Source: an uncultured Pelagibacteraceae bacterium (lineage in GTDB: Bacteria; Pseudomonadota; Alphaproteobacteria; Pelagibacterales; Pelagibacteraceae). From it: 64,000 bases of DNA. This document shows positions 30,224 to 41,104 of the stretch, in pieces; the stretch's first letter is position 1; the number at the start of each line of letters is the position of its first letter. The DNA lies in contig CACMVB010000005.1 in the NCBI GenBank assembly GCA_902617025.1, positions 328 through 64,327 of the forward strand, read 5' to 3'. A program made the position numbers and the translations under genes. The notes under the pieces were generated by a model, which was not told the DNA's origin, ran no database searches, and was given only the letters and a program-made list of their open reading frames with translations.

Positions 30224-30850
30224 ATGAACGTCACAATTGTTGACTATCAATCGGGCAATATAAGCTCTGTCATAAATTCTTTTGCAGAGGCAGCTAAAGG
30301 TAAAGTTAATTTAGAGGTAACTTCTGATATTAATAAAATTAAATCCAGTGACAAAATTGTTTTACCAGGACAAGGTTCATTTAAAAGCTGTGTAGACTCT
30401 TTAAACAGAATTTCTGGATTAGTTGATACTCTAAAAGAATTCTCAATGACAAATAAGAAACCTTTATTAGGAATTTGTGTTGGTTTACAAATGTTCGCAG
30501 ATGTTGGTTATGAGGAAGCAGAAACAAAAGGACTAGGGTGGATTCCTGGAAAAGTTTCTAAAATTGATAATCAAAAAGGAAAATTTAAACTTCCACATAT
30601 CGGTTGGAACGAAATTGAAATTCAAAAAGAAAGCAAAATCTTTAAAGACATAAAAAATAAATCCCATATGTATTTTGTTCACAGCTATGAGTTTATTCCT
30701 GAAGATAAGTCAGTCATCTCAGCAACAACTGATTATTCATCTAAAATTGTCTGTTCTGTCGAGAAAGATAATTTATTTGGAACACAGTTTCATCCTGAGA
30801 AGAGTGATAAAATAGGATTAAAGATGATTGATAACTTTTTAAAATTATAA
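30224..30850 (+). CDS. hisH: Imidazole glycerol phosphate synthase, glutamine amidotransferase subunit
   Basis: I.DY..GN..SV, LPG.G.F, GIC.G.Q and FHPEKS motifs. Confidence 0.93.
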   Translation: MNVTIVDYQSGNISSVINSFAEAAKGKVNLEVTSDINKIKSSDKIVLPGQGSFKSCVDSLNRISGLVDTLKEFSMTNKKPLLGICVGLQMFADVGYEEAETKGLGWIPGKVSKIDNQKGKFKLPHIGWNEIEIQKESKIFKDIKNKSHMYFVHSYEFIPEDKSVISATTDYSSKIVCSVEKDNLFGTQFHPEKSDKIGLKMIDNFLKL

Positions 30851-31575
30851 TGAAAATATTTCCTGCAATAGATATTAAAGATAAGAAATGTGTAAGATTA
30901 ATCAAAGGTGACTTCGAAAATAAAACTGAATATGAAACTTCACCCATTGAGCAAGCAGCAAAATTTAAAGATCATGGTTTTAAAAACTTACACATTGTTG
31001 ATTTAGATGGAGCTTTAACGGGTAAAACAGTCAATTTAAATATTATTAAAGAAATAGTAAGTAAATATGATTTAAAGATTGAAATAGGTGGCGGTGTTAG
31101 ATCTCTCGATAGCATTAAACAATATGTCGATACTGGTGTTGAGAAAGTAATTTTAGGAAGTGGTGCTATTAAAAATAAAGAATTTTTAAAAGAGTCTTGC
31201 ATCAAATTTAAAGGCCAAATTGCTTTGGGGTTAGATGCAAAAGATGGAAATCTTTCTGTATCAGGCTGGAAAGAAAATCTAGAAATCAAAACTACAGATT
31301 TTTTAAAAGAAGTAAATGATTTTGGTGTAAGCAGAATTATTTTTACAGATATAAATAGAGATGGAATGAAAACCACCCCCAACTTTAATGAGAGCGTGAA
31401 AATTGCAGGGCTTTCTAATTGTCCTGTTATTATTTCAGGAGGTGTTTCTTCAATAAATGACATTAAGAAGGCTAAAGAGTTAAATAATAAAAAAATTGAA
31501 GGTATTATTGTCGGTAAAGCTATTTACGATGGCGATATTAAGCTTGATGAGTTAGCAAAGGAGATTAATGCTTAA
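30850..31575 (+). CDS. hisA: 1-(5-phosphoribosyl)-5-[(5-phosphoribosylamino)methylideneamino]imidazole-4-carboxamide isomerase
   Basis: [26 protein letters not shown] and GKA.Y.G motifs. Confidence 0.93.
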   Translation: MKIFPAIDIKDKKCVRLIKGDFENKTEYETSPIEQAAKFKDHGFKNLHIVDLDGALTGKTVNLNIIKEIVSKYDLKIEIGGGVRSLDSIKQYVDTGVEKVILGSGAIKNKEFLKESCIKFKGQIALGLDAKDGNLSVSGWKENLEIKTTDFLKEVNDFGVSRIIFTDINRDGMKTTPNFNESVKIAGLSNCPVIISGGVSSINDIKKAKELNNKKIEGIIVGKAIYDGDIKLDELAKEINA

Positions 31576-32326
31576 AAATAGAATTATACCCTGCCTTGAT
31601 GTTAAAGATGGAAGAGTCGTTAAAGGTATTAACTTTGTTGAATTAAAAGATGCTGGAGATCCAGTAGAACAAGCTAAAATTTATAGTGACAGTGGCGCTG
31701 ACGAGATTTGTTTTCTTGATATTACCGCTTCAAATGAAAATAGAGAAACGATTATTGATATTGTTAGAAAAACTGCAAAAGAATGCTTTGTTCCTTTAAC
31801 TGTTGGAGGTGGAGTTAGAACTATTCAAAATATTACTGATTTATTGTTAGCCGGTGCAGATAAAGTTTCTATTAATACCGCCGCTGTGAAAAATGTCGAC
31901 TTCGTTAAGGAAGCTTCAAAAAAATTTGGATCTCAATGTATTGTAGTTGCGATCGATGCAAAAAAAGTTTCAGATAATAAATGGGAAGTATTTACACACG
32001 GTGGAAGAAATAAAACTGGTATTGATGTAGTAAAGTTTGCTAAAAAAGTAGAAGAAAATGGGGCTGGAGAAATTTTATTAACTTCAATGGATAAAGATGG
32101 AACTAAATCTGGTTATGATATTGATTTATTAAAAACAATTACAAATAGTACTAACATTCCTGTAATAGCTTCTGGAGGAGTCGGAAGTCTAGATCACTTA
32201 TACGATGGCATTGTTAAAGGTGGAGCAAGTGCAGTTTTAGCGGCTTCTATCTTTCATTATGGCGAATACAAAATAAAAGATGCTAAAGAATATTTGAATT
32301 CTAAAAATGTATCAGTAAGGTTATAA
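31568..32326 (+). CDS. hisF: Imidazole glycerol phosphate synthase, cyclase subunit
   Basis: [30 protein letters not shown] and ASGG.G motifs. Confidence 0.96.
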   Translation: MLKNRIIPCLDVKDGRVVKGINFVELKDAGDPVEQAKIYSDSGADEICFLDITASNENRETIIDIVRKTAKECFVPLTVGGGVRTIQNITDLLLAGADKVSINTAAVKNVDFVKEASKKFGSQCIVVAIDAKKVSDNKWEVFTHGGRNKTGIDVVKFAKKVEENGAGEILLTSMDKDGTKSGYDIDLLKTITNSTNIPVIASGGVGSLDHLYDGIVKGGASAVLAASIFHYGEYKIKDAKEYLNSKNVSVRL

Positions 32327-32327
32327 A

Positions 32328-32600
32328 ATGTTTGAAAACTTAGAACAATTAATTAAAACAATCAGAGAGAGAAAAAATTCTTCTCCAGATAAGTCTTATA
32401 CTAGTAAACTTTTGAACGATAAAAACTTTAGTGTTTCAAAAGTAAAAGAGGAAATAGGCGAATTAATAGAATCTGTGGAAAAAAATTCAAATAAGATTCA
32501 CGAAGCTGCCGATGTGGTTTATCATTTGATGGTTTATTTAGAGGCTAACAACATAAAAATTGAAGATGTGATGAGTGAACTTAAGAAAAGACAGAAATGA
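32328..32600 (+). CDS. hisE: Phosphoribosyl-ATP pyrophosphohydrolase
   Basis: 90 aa with SYT..L, K..EE..E and EAAD..YH..V motifs. Terminal gene of the his cluster. Confidence 0.85.
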   Translation: MFENLEQLIKTIRERKNSSPDKSYTSKLLNDKNFSVSKVKEEIGELIESVEKNSNKIHEAADVVYHLMVYLEANNIKIEDVMSELKKRQK

Positions 32601-32953
32601 GCTACGACAAAAATAATATATTTGCTAAAATTTTAAGGGGAGAAATTCCGTGTAAAAAAGTTTATGAAAATGATCATGTTTTAGCTTTTCATGATATTAA
32701 TCCTCAAAAGAAAGTTCATGTTTTGGTTATTCCAAAAGGTGAATACGTAGATCTTAATGATTTCAACAACAAAGCTTCAGATAAAGAGATTGTAGAGTTA
32801 AATAAAGCCGTGACACATGTTGCAAATTTAGTGGGTGCAAAAAATAAAGGTTACCGGGCTTTAACTAATATTGGCAGCGATGGCGGACAGGAAGTTCCTC
32901 ACTTACATTTTCATATATTTGCAGGCGAAAAGATTGGAAAAATGGTCAGCTGA
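32597..32953 (+). CDS. HIT-family (histidine triad) nucleotide hydrolase
   Basis: NIFAKILRGEIP...VYE.D.VLAF.DI.P and the triad motif VPHLHFHI. Confidence 0.88.
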   Translation: MSYDKNNIFAKILRGEIPCKKVYENDHVLAFHDINPQKKVHVLVIPKGEYVDLNDFNNKASDKEIVELNKAVTHVANLVGAKNKGYRALTNIGSDGGQEVPHLHFHIFAGEKIGKMVS

Positions 32954-33459
32954 TGGTTTCAAGAGTAAAAAGATATTTTTTGGAAATAAAAGATTTTTCA
33001 AAAACAGTTGATTTAAATCTGCCAGTAAATTTTCAAATTATTTTGGATGATAAACATAATTTCCACTTAAACAGATTTTTCTACAAACAAATAGGTGTAG
33101 ACCACTATTGGAGAGATAGATTACTTTGGTCTGATAGTGAGTGGGTAAAGTATGTTACAAATAAAAATTTAGAAACACATGTTCTGAAAAAAGGTGAGGA
33201 TCTAGTAGGATATTACGAACAAGAATATCATCCTGGATCAAATGAAGTAGAGCTTATCAATCTAGGAGTACTAAAAGAATTCAGAGGTTTAAAGCTTGGC
33301 TCAACGCTTGTAAATCATGCTATCGCAAGTGCATCAAGAAAAAATCCTCAAAGAATGTGGGTCCATACTTGTAGTCTAGACCACAAATATGCATTACAAA
33401 ATTATAAATCTAAAGGTTTTGAAATATTTAAAGAAGAAGAAATTGATTTTGTAGCTTAG
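32953..33459 (+). CDS. GNAT-family N-acetyltransferase
   Basis: Acetyl-CoA binding motif A, FRGLKLGSTLVNHAI, and a C-terminal YKS.GF. Confidence 0.7.
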   Translation: MVSRVKRYFLEIKDFSKTVDLNLPVNFQIILDDKHNFHLNRFFYKQIGVDHYWRDRLLWSDSEWVKYVTNKNLETHVLKKGEDLVGYYEQEYHPGSNEVELINLGVLKEFRGLKLGSTLVNHAIASASRKNPQRMWVHTCSLDHKYALQNYKSKGFEIFKEEEIDFVA

Positions 33460-34043
33460 TTTATTTCGGGGACTTTAAAGGTATCTTTTTTAAAGACGTC
33501 ATTTTTAGCAACAATCTGAAGGAAGAAATTTATATTATTGTTGTATTGATCTTTAATTTCCCACCCTTTTAAATCTAGATTTTTTTTGTCAAAAAAAATT
33601 GTAATTTCTTTATCACCAAAATAAACAAGTTTAATTGCTTGATCATTAACCTCTAATTCTCCTGATTGTACTATTTCTAAAAGTTTATCTTTATATAAAA
33701 TATTTAAGAATGGAGAATTTGAAATAGGATAATGATAAGTTTTATTATACCTTTTTTGCGTAATTGCTAACCTCTTATTATTAATGACTAGTTCCTTTTT
33801 CTTGTCATCAAAGTAATTGCATTTTAATTTTCCAGGAAATTCTAAAAGACAACTACCTTTTTCTCTTTTTTCATTAATTAATTGATCAAATGTAAATTCT
33901 AAAGAGTTTAAGGTATTTAATTGATCAACTATTTGTTTTTTTTCATTAGCTAACAAATTAGTTGTTATTAATAGAAAAAATGAGATTAAAAATGTATTTT
34001 TAAAGAACTTCACGTTTACCAACATGATTTGCTTTACTAACAA
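33456..34043 (-). CDS. lolA: Outer-membrane lipoprotein carrier protein LolA
   Basis: Signal peptide, F.Q......... pattern, and position directly downstream of ftsK (conserved ftsK-lolA pair). The true start may be ATG 34025 (MLVNVKFF...), which shortens the overlap with ftsK. Confidence 0.62.
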   Translation of the reverse strand: MLVKQIMLVNVKFFKNTFLISFFLLITTNLLANEKKQIVDQLNTLNSLEFTFDQLINEKREKGSCLLEFPGKLKCNYFDDKKKELVINNKRLAITQKRYNKTYHYPISNSPFLNILYKDKLLEIVQSGELEVNDQAIKLVYFGDKEITIFFDKKNLDLKGWEIKDQYNNNINFFLQIVAKNDVFKKDTFKVPEIN

Positions 34044-36081
34044 TACCTTTTTCTTCCATCATATCAATAATCCTAGCAGCTCTATTATATCCGATTTGTA
34101 ATTTTCTCTGTAAAAAACTTGTAGAAGCTTTTCCTTCTGCTTTAATAATTTCTACGGCTTGATTAAATAATTCATCCTCATCACCTTCATTTCCAGGGGT
34201 TAGTGAGCTTTCCGTTGTTTCTTGTGAAGTAATTTCCTCCATATAATCTGGTTCTCCTTGTGCTCTTAATGAGTTAGTAATTTTCTCAATTTCTTGTTCA
34301 GAAACATATGGACCGTGAATTCTAACTATTTTGTTTGCTGATGACATGAATAACATGTCTCCTTTTCCAAGTAATTGTTCGGCACCCTGCTCCCCTAAAA
34401 TGGTTCTACTATCAATTTTGGAACTTACTTGGAAAGATATTCTTGTAGGGAAATTTGCTTTTATTGTACCTGTTATTACATCAACACTTGGTCTTTGAGT
34501 AGCCATGATGATATGAATTCCTGCAGCTCTTGCCATTTGAGATAATTTTTGAATGTAGTTTTCAATTTCTTTTCCAGCTACAAGCATTAAATCTGACATC
34601 TCGTCAACCACTACAACGATGTAAGGCATTTTAAGTTTGTGCTTAGAGTTATAGCCATCAATGTTTCTTACTCCCACCTTGCTCATTAATTTATATCTGC
34701 TGTTCATTTCTTTGACTGTCCAAGATAAAGCTGATGTAGCCTTTTTAGCATCAGTAATAACTGGAGTTAATAAGTGAGGTATCCCTTCGTAAGTAGATAG
34801 TTCTAACATTTTTGGATCAATCAAAATAAATTTACAAAGATCAGGACTTAATTTGTAAAGCAAAGAAACAATAATTGTGTTAATACAAACTGACTTTCCT
34901 GAACCAGTAGTACCAGCAATTAAGAGATGAGGCATTGAAGTTAAATCACCAACAATTGGCATTCCCGAAATACTTTTTCCTAATGCTATCGGAAGTCTTA
35001 CATCTTTCTTTTGAAATTTATCATAAGAAATTATTTCTCGTAGTGATACGCTCTCCCTTTCTTCGTTAGGAATTTCAATTCCAACAGTGTTTTTTCCTGG
35101 AATAACCGAAACTCTTGTAGAAGTTGAACTGGTATTTCTTGCTAAATCCTCAGATAAATTAATAATTTTTGACACTTTCACACCAGGTGCAGGCTCGAAT
35201 TCATATAGGCTCACCACAGGGCCATTATTAATTGTTTTAATTTTTCCATCTATACCAAAGTCTAATAATATTTTTTCCATAAACTCAGCGTCAGGACGAT
35301 TTTTATTTCCATCAGAACTAAGTTTAGATAAATTTTTTTCTAAATAATTTATATCTGGTAATTTATATTTATTTTTTGTAGTGACTGGCTCTGTTTGATA
35401 ACTTGTGTCAGTATCAAATGAAAAAGATTGCTGTGGCTTTTCCAATGTCTGTGGATGGTTTTCAATATTAATTTTACTAAAATCTGGTTCAATATTTTCT
35501 GCAGGCTTTCTTTTAAAAAGTGAAATAATTACTGAGAATACTTTTTTATAATTTATATCTGCTGAAAATGAAAAAAAAATAATAGTTAATAAAAGCAGTC
35601 CATAAATTGAATATGTATTATCAATCCACGGAGCCCAAGTATTAATAAAGTTATATGTTATTTTTCCAACGAAACCTGAATTGCCATTATCAATTAACCA
35701 AAAAGAATTATCAAATGTTAAATAGATAAAAACTGTTCCAACTGTTAAATATGCTACAACTAAAAATAGTTTTAAAATTATTCTTCTTAATTCTTTCTTT
35801 ATTATTAAATCTAATCCCCATAATAAAAAATTAAGTAATAATAAAAAAGAGGCCAAACCGAAACTTTGTAATAAAAAATCTGCAACGCTACTTCCATAAA
35901 TCCCAAAAAAATTTTGGATCTCGAAACTTCTATCCCCATAAATGAATGAAGGATCTTCAGGAGAATATGTTGTAAAAGCTATTGCGAGTGCGACACTTGA
36001 TAAAACTAGGATTAAACCTAGCAATTCAAAGGTTCGCTTTTTCAAAAAATTTGTTACACTATCTAAAAAGTTTGTATTCAT
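34000..36081 (-). CDS. ftsK: DNA translocase FtsK
   Basis: N-terminal TM helices, a linker, a motor with Walker A GTTGSGKS and Walker B VVVDE..DLM, QRPSVDVITG, and a C-terminal gamma wHTH LQR.L.IGY.RAAR.ID.ME..GIV. Confidence 0.95.
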   Translation of the reverse strand: MNTNFLDSVTNFLKKRTFELLGLILVLSSVALAIAFTTYSPEDPSFIYGDRSFEIQNFFGIYGSSVADFLLQSFGLASFLLLLNFLLWGLDLIIKKELRRIILKLFLVVAYLTVGTVFIYLTFDNSFWLIDNGNSGFVGKITYNFINTWAPWIDNTYSIYGLLLLTIIFFSFSADINYKKVFSVIISLFKRKPAENIEPDFSKINIENHPQTLEKPQQSFSFDTDTSYQTEPVTTKNKYKLPDINYLEKNLSKLSSDGNKNRPDAEFMEKILLDFGIDGKIKTINNGPVVSLYEFEPAPGVKVSKIINLSEDLARNTSSTSTRVSVIPGKNTVGIEIPNEERESVSLREIISYDKFQKKDVRLPIALGKSISGMPIVGDLTSMPHLLIAGTTGSGKSVCINTIIVSLLYKLSPDLCKFILIDPKMLELSTYEGIPHLLTPVITDAKKATSALSWTVKEMNSRYKLMSKVGVRNIDGYNSKHKLKMPYIVVVVDEMSDLMLVAGKEIENYIQKLSQMARAAGIHIIMATQRPSVDVITGTIKANFPTRISFQVSSKIDSRTILGEQGAEQLLGKGDMLFMSSANKIVRIHGPYVSEQEIEKITNSLRAQGEPDYMEEITSQETTESSLTPGNEGDEDELFNQAVEIIKAEGKASTSFLQRKLQIGYNRAARIIDMMEEKGIVSKANHVGKREVL

Positions 36082-36136
36082 TACGAATCGATTACGTACT
36101 TTTTACCATTTTTATGAAAGTGTTAAAAATTTTAAT

Positions 36137-37246
36137 ATGATAAAACAGAGAATATGCATTGTCGGAGACGGTCTTTCAGGCTTAATGACAGCTGTAATTT
36201 TATCTAAAGTATCAGGTGTAGAGGTAAATTTAATAGCTAAAAAAGGCAAAAAAAACGCTGATAAAAGGACCACTGCCATATCAGATACAAATTACAAGTT
36301 CATCAATCAAAATATTAAAAGTTTGGAACAAAAGTTGTTCTGGCCATCTAAAAAAATTGAGCTTTTTTACGAAACTTCTAAAGAAAAAATAAATTTTTTA
36401 AATCTCAACGAAGCCAATTCTAATCTTATGTATGTTTTTGAAAATGATAAAATTAAAAGTGTATTATTGAACGAAATTTCAAAAAATAAAATTAAATTAA
36501 TCAGAAAGGATGTAAAAAACTTAGATGAATTAAAAAATTATGATCTAATTATTCTCTGTATGGGGGGACAATCTAAAATTTACAATAACATAACAAAAAT
36601 TAGATCTATCAAGAAAGATTATAAAGAAATAGCTATTACAGGATATGTAAAACACAAATTTAAGACTCTCAACACAAGCCAATTTTTTTTAAAAGAAGGG
36701 CCGTTAGCTTTACTTCCTTTTTCAAAAAATTATTTCTCTTTTGTTTGGAGCTTAAAAAAATATTTTTTCGAAAATAATTCAAAAAAAATTTCAATATTAA
36801 TTAAAAATAAAATATTAGAAATATTGAAGAATAAACAAGATATCACTATTAGTAATATTCAGTCGTATCCTATTTTCCTTAGTTTAAGGAGACAGTATAA
36901 TCAAAAAAATATATTAATTCTTGGTGAGGGTTTGCACACTATTCATCCTGTAGCTGGTCAAGGTTTTAATTTAGTCTTAAGGGATATAAAAAAACTAAAA
37001 GAAATTATTAAATATTATGTGGGACTAGGTATTTCTGTGAAAAATAGCTATGCGTTAAATGATTTTTATAATAGCAGAAAACCTGAAAATACTATCATGA
37101 GTTTAGGTGTTGATGCTACTCATAGTTTTTTTAAACAAAATAAATATTTAGATCCATTCAAAGAGATAATTGTAAAAAATATTAAGAACAACGAGACAAT
37201 AAAAAAATTCAGTAAAATAATCTCTAATCGAGGTTTATCATTATAA
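36137..37246 (+). CDS. UbiH/Coq6-family FAD-dependent monooxygenase (ubiquinone biosynthesis hydroxylase)
   Basis: N-terminal dinucleotide fold ICIVGDGLSGL and GEGLHTIHPVAGQGFNL. The tracked ORF (from 35942) runs 140 nt into ftsK. ATG 36137 gives the canonical N-terminus. Confidence 0.75.
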   Translation: MIKQRICIVGDGLSGLMTAVILSKVSGVEVNLIAKKGKKNADKRTTAISDTNYKFINQNIKSLEQKLFWPSKKIELFYETSKEKINFLNLNEANSNLMYVFENDKIKSVLLNEISKNKIKLIRKDVKNLDELKNYDLIILCMGGQSKIYNNITKIRSIKKDYKEIAITGYVKHKFKTLNTSQFFLKEGPLALLPFSKNYFSFVWSLKKYFFENNSKKISILIKNKILEILKNKQDITISNIQSYPIFLSLRRQYNQKNILILGEGLHTIHPVAGQGFNLVLRDIKKLKEIIKYYVGLGISVKNSYALNDFYNSRKPENTIMSLGVDATHSFFKQNKYLDPFKEIIVKNIKNNETIKKFSKIISNRGLSL

Positions 37247-37250
37247 TTCA

Positions 37251-38579
37251 ATGAACATTTATGCTTTATCTTCGGGTAGAGGACCCTCCGGAATAGCTAT
37301 CATTAGAATATCAGGTAGTGAAACACTTAAGATTTGTCAAAATTTGACTAAGTCAAAAGATATTAAGTCTAATGAAGTAAATTTTTGTAAGTTCTATGAC
37401 CCTAATAACGGTAATGTAATAGATCCAGAGGCTCTATTGTTGTGGTTTCCTGGGCCAAATAGCTATACTGGGGAGGATTTAGCAGAATTACAAATTCATG
37501 GAAGTAACGCAGTTATAAACGCCTTATTGAGAGTTTTATCCGAGCAAAAAAACTGCAGACTAGCTGAACCAGGTGAGTTCACTAAAATTGCATTTCAAAA
37601 TGATAAAATTGATTTGTTAAAAGCAGAAAGTATAGGAGATCTAATTCATTCCGAGACAGAACTACAAAGACAACAAGCAGTTAAATTAATTCAGGGTAAT
37701 GCATCAAATTATTATAATGATCTGAGGGAAAAAATAATAAAATCTCTTGCTTTTATAGAAGCAAAAATTGATTTCGCAGAGGAAGATCTTCCAGAAAAAG
37801 TACTAAAAGATGCACACAAATCAATTAAAGGAATTCATTCAGAAATTACAAAAATAATTGAAGACAATAAAGTTGGAGAAAAAATTAGAGATGGTTTTAG
37901 GGTTTCAATTACAGGAGAAGTTAATGCAGGAAAATCATCATTACTAAATTTACTTTCAAAAAGAGAAGTAGCAATTGTGTCAGATGAGGCTGGTACAACT
38001 AGAGATGTTATAGAAACCTATTTAAATTTGGATGGATACCCTGTAATTCTGGCTGATACTGCTGGTATAAGAGAAGCTAAAAATGAAGTTGAAAAAAAAG
38101 GTATTTCTTTAGCGTTAGGAAAATCAAAAGAAGCAGATTTAAATATAATAGTCATTGATAATTCGTCAAAAAAAATTAACAAAGAAATACAGAATATGAT
38201 TAATAAAGATACTATAATTTTTTTAAATAAATCAGATATTTCAGATAAACAAAATCATAAATTTAATGTTGATACAGTTTTAGCTTCAGTAAAAAATAAT
38301 AAAAATATAGACAAATTAATAGATTTGATTAAAGCTAAGTTGAGCAAAAAATTTACATCCAATAATAGCGCTTTAATTACTAGAGAAAGGCATAGAGTTA
38401 AGCTCAATGATTGTTTAAAAGATATTGATAAGTTTTTTAAAAAGGATCAAAACAAAGACCTCGAGTTAGCAGCAGAAGACCTAAGAATGGCCACACGACA
38501 TCTTGGTAGCATCGTAGGTAAGGTAGATGTGGAAGAAATACTTGGATCTATATTCAAAGACTTCTGTATCGGTAAATAA
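37251..38579 (+). CDS. mnmE: tRNA modification GTPase MnmE
   Basis: IYALSS..G.SGIAIIR.SG, G1 GEVNAGKSSLLN, G3 DTAG and the C-terminal FCIGK. Confidence 0.93.
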   Translation: MNIYALSSGRGPSGIAIIRISGSETLKICQNLTKSKDIKSNEVNFCKFYDPNNGNVIDPEALLLWFPGPNSYTGEDLAELQIHGSNAVINALLRVLSEQKNCRLAEPGEFTKIAFQNDKIDLLKAESIGDLIHSETELQRQQAVKLIQGNASNYYNDLREKIIKSLAFIEAKIDFAEEDLPEKVLKDAHKSIKGIHSEITKIIEDNKVGEKIRDGFRVSITGEVNAGKSSLLNLLSKREVAIVSDEAGTTRDVIETYLNLDGYPVILADTAGIREAKNEVEKKGISLALGKSKEADLNIIVIDNSSKKINKEIQNMINKDTIIFLNKSDISDKQNHKFNVDTVLASVKNNKNIDKLIDLIKAKLSKKFTSNNSALITRERHRVKLNDCLKDIDKFFKKDQNKDLELAAEDLRMATRHLGSIVGKVDVEEILGSIFKDFCIGK

Positions 38580-38621
38580 AATACTTCTTGTATTCTTAAT
38601 CTAGAGGGTTACATTCACAGA

Positions 38622-40490
38622 ATGACAAAACAAAGCTATGATGTAGTAGTAATAGGTGGAGGACACGCTGGATGTGAGGCAGCAGCAGCTTCCGCTAGAA
38701 TGGGCGTATATACTGCTCTTTTTACACATAAAATCGAGACTATAGGGGAAATGTCGTGTAATCCCGCTATAGGAGGACTTGGAAAAGGACATCTTGTTAG
38801 AGAAATCGATGCTTTAGACGGTGTGATGGGTGTTGTAGCTGATAAATCAGGTATTCAATTTAGATTATTAAATAGAAGTCGTGGCCCAGCAGTGCAAGGA
38901 CCGAGGACTCAATCAGACAGAGCTCTTTACAAAGAGCATATGCAAAAGATTTTATTAAATTATGAAAATTTAGAGGTTGTGGCCGATCCAGTAGTAAAAT
39001 TCTTATTTGATAACAACAAAGTTATAGGATTTGTTTGTCAGAGCGGCAAAGAAATAAAAACTAAAGAACTAATCCTCACTACGGGTACTTTTTTGAATGG
39101 TTTAATACATATAGGTGAAACACAGATACCAGCTGGTCGGTATGATGAAAAACCATGCACCGGTTTAAGTGAGCAACTAGCGAAATTTAAGATGCAAATT
39201 GGAAGATTAAAAACCGGAACGCCACCTAGACTAGATGGCGATACAATTAATTATGATGACTTAGAAATGCAGCCTGCTGATGATGATCATTATTATTTCT
39301 CTTTCTTGACGAACAATATCAATAATAAACAGATTAAATGTGGGATGACTTACACAAATAATGATGTTCATAAAATTATTAGTGAAAACATTTCAAGAAG
39401 CGCTATGTATTCAGGAAACATAAAAGGAGTAGGACCTAGGTATTGTCCATCTATTGAGGATAAAATTGTTAAGTTTAAGGAAAAAGAAAAACATCAAATT
39501 TTCCTAGAACCAGAGGGATTAAAGGACAACACTATTTACCCAAATGGTATATCAACTTCACTTCCAGAGGAGATACAGCTTAAAATATTAAGCAAAATCA
39601 AGGGTTTAGAGCATGTTAAGATGAAGAGGGCTGGTTACGCGATTGAGTATGATTACGTGGATCCAAGGGAGCTAAAAGCAACCTTAGAAACCAAAAAAAT
39701 CAATTCTTTATTTCTTGCTGGACAAATTAATGGAACTACAGGTTATGAAGAAGCTGCATCTCAAGGTCTGATAGCAGGCATTAATGCGGCTTTAAAAATT
39801 CGAAACCAAGAGGAGTTTATTTTAGATCGATCAACTTCTTATATTGGTGTTATGATTGATGACCTCATTACTAAGGGAGTTACAGAACCTTATAGAATGT
39901 TTACATCTAGAGCTGAATATAGATTAACTTTAAGAGCTGATAATGCTGATCAAAGACTAACTGATTTTGGGATCAATTTAAATTTAGTGAAGTCTGAAAG
40001 AAAAAAAATATTTAATGAAAAGAAAAAAAATATTTTTGCTCTTAATTCAATCTTAAAAAATAATTATTTATCACCTAATCAAGCTAAGAAATATGATATT
40101 AAAATTGCTATGGATGGAGTAAAAAGATCTTGTTTAGAGATTATGGGTCAGCGAAAAGTAAATATGGTAAAAATAAGGCAAGTATTTCCTGATATTCCTA
40201 ATTTTCCGAAGCCTATTGAAAATCAAGTTGTAACAGATGCCCATTACATGGGTTATCTGGATAGACAAGATAAAGATATAGAGTCTTTTAAGAAAGACGA
40301 GTCCGTTATCATACCTGAGGGTATAGATTACGAAAAACTTAGCGGTCTATCTAATGAGATTAAGAGCAAGTTGCTTCAAGTGAAGCCTAAAACGCTAGGT
40401 CAAGCTATTCGTATTGATGGCGTTACGCCAGCAGCTATAATTATTCTTCTTTCGCATATTAAAAAACTTAGATATAAAGCTACTGCTTGA
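38622..40490 (+). CDS. mnmG: tRNA uridine 5-carboxymethylaminomethyl modification enzyme MnmG (GidA)
   Basis: [36 protein letters not shown] and [11 protein letters not shown] motifs. Confidence 0.96.
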   Translation: MTKQSYDVVVIGGGHAGCEAAAASARMGVYTALFTHKIETIGEMSCNPAIGGLGKGHLVREIDALDGVMGVVADKSGIQFRLLNRSRGPAVQGPRTQSDRALYKEHMQKILLNYENLEVVADPVVKFLFDNNKVIGFVCQSGKEIKTKELILTTGTFLNGLIHIGETQIPAGRYDEKPCTGLSEQLAKFKMQIGRLKTGTPPRLDGDTINYDDLEMQPADDDHYYFSFLTNNINNKQIKCGMTYTNNDVHKIISENISRSAMYSGNIKGVGPRYCPSIEDKIVKFKEKEKHQIFLEPEGLKDNTIYPNGISTSLPEEIQLKILSKIKGLEHVKMKRAGYAIEYDYVDPRELKATLETKKINSLFLAGQINGTTGYEEAASQGLIAGINAALKIRNQEEFILDRSTSYIGVMIDDLITKGVTEPYRMFTSRAEYRLTLRADNADQRLTDFGINLNLVKSERKKIFNEKKKNIFALNSILKNNYLSPNQAKKYDIKIAMDGVKRSCLEIMGQRKVNMVKIRQVFPDIPNFPKPIENQVVTDAHYMGYLDRQDKDIESFKKDESVIIPEGIDYEKLSGLSNEIKSKLLQVKPKTLGQAIRIDGVTPAAIIILLSHIKKLRYKATA

Positions 40491-41104
40491 TGCAGCAGCT
40501 TGAAGTCATAAATATTCTCAAAAAGAGTCTTAATTTTAGCGATCACTCAATTGAAAAGCTTAAAAAGTTCACAAATCTGGTTTTAAAAGAAAATCAACAT
40601 TATAATTTAATTGCTAAAAGCACAGAAAATCAAATTTGGCATAGACATATACTTGATTCAGCTCAATTGGTTAAGTTTATTGATTTTAATGTCAATTCCG
40701 CAGCTGATCTTGGCACTGGCGCAGGATTTCCGGGCCTTGTAGTAGAAATATTCAATAAAAATAAGGCTTTTCACGTGAAATTGTATGAAAAATCACCAGT
40801 AAAAAGAAAGTTCCTAATGGGTGTAATCAAGGAATTGAGTTTAAATGCTGAGATTTTAGGAGATGTAAGAGATGAGGTTATAGATTCTGAAATTATAATA
40901 TGCAGGGCTTTCAAAAAATTAGACTCAATAATACAAGTTTCACGTGAAATCGCAAAAAAACCGCATAAATTAATGATTCTAAAAGGTCAAAATGCACAGA
41001 AAGAAATAAAAAATTCTTTCAAAACAAAAAAATACCCTTATAAATTAGAAAGCAGCATGACAAATAAAGATTCAAAAATAATTCTGATGGAGATTAACAA
41101 GTAA
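40487..41104 (+). CDS. rsmG: 16S rRNA (guanine527-N7)-methyltransferase RsmG (GidB)
   Basis: NL......IW.RHILDS and DLG.GAGFPG SAM motif. Position between mnmG and parA. Confidence 0.88.
   Translation: MMQQLEVINILKKSLNFSDHSIEKLKKFTNLVLKENQHYNLIAKSTENQIWHRHILDSAQLVKFIDFNVNSAADLGTGAGFPGLVVEIFNKNKAFHVKLYEKSPVKRKFLMGVIKELSLNAEILGDVRDEVIDSEIIICRAFKKLDSIIQVSREIAKKPHKLMILKGQNAQKEIKNSFKTKKYPYKLESSMTNKDSKIILMEINK
40767..40782. other. parS-like centromere site 1
   Basis: CTTTTCACGTGAAATT. The 12-bp palindromic core TTTCACGTGAAA is identical to the core of consensus parS TGTTTCACGTGAAACA (12/16 overall). Inside rsmG, about 320 bp upstream of parA. Confidence 0.55.
40936..40951. other. parS-like centromere site 2
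   Basis: AGTTTCACGTGAAATC, a 13/16 match to TGTTTCACGTGAAACA with a perfect central palindrome GTTTCACGTGAAA(T). Inside rsmG, about 155 bp upstream of parA. Confidence 0.6.

Noticed and set aside
35942-36136. N-terminal 65 codons of the tracked 434-aa ORF overlapping the ftsK start
   Set aside because: This part is antisense to the ftsK N-terminus. The FAD-binding fold of the UbiH-like protein begins right at Met-66 (ATG 36137), so the upstream extension is an artefact of longest-ORF calling.
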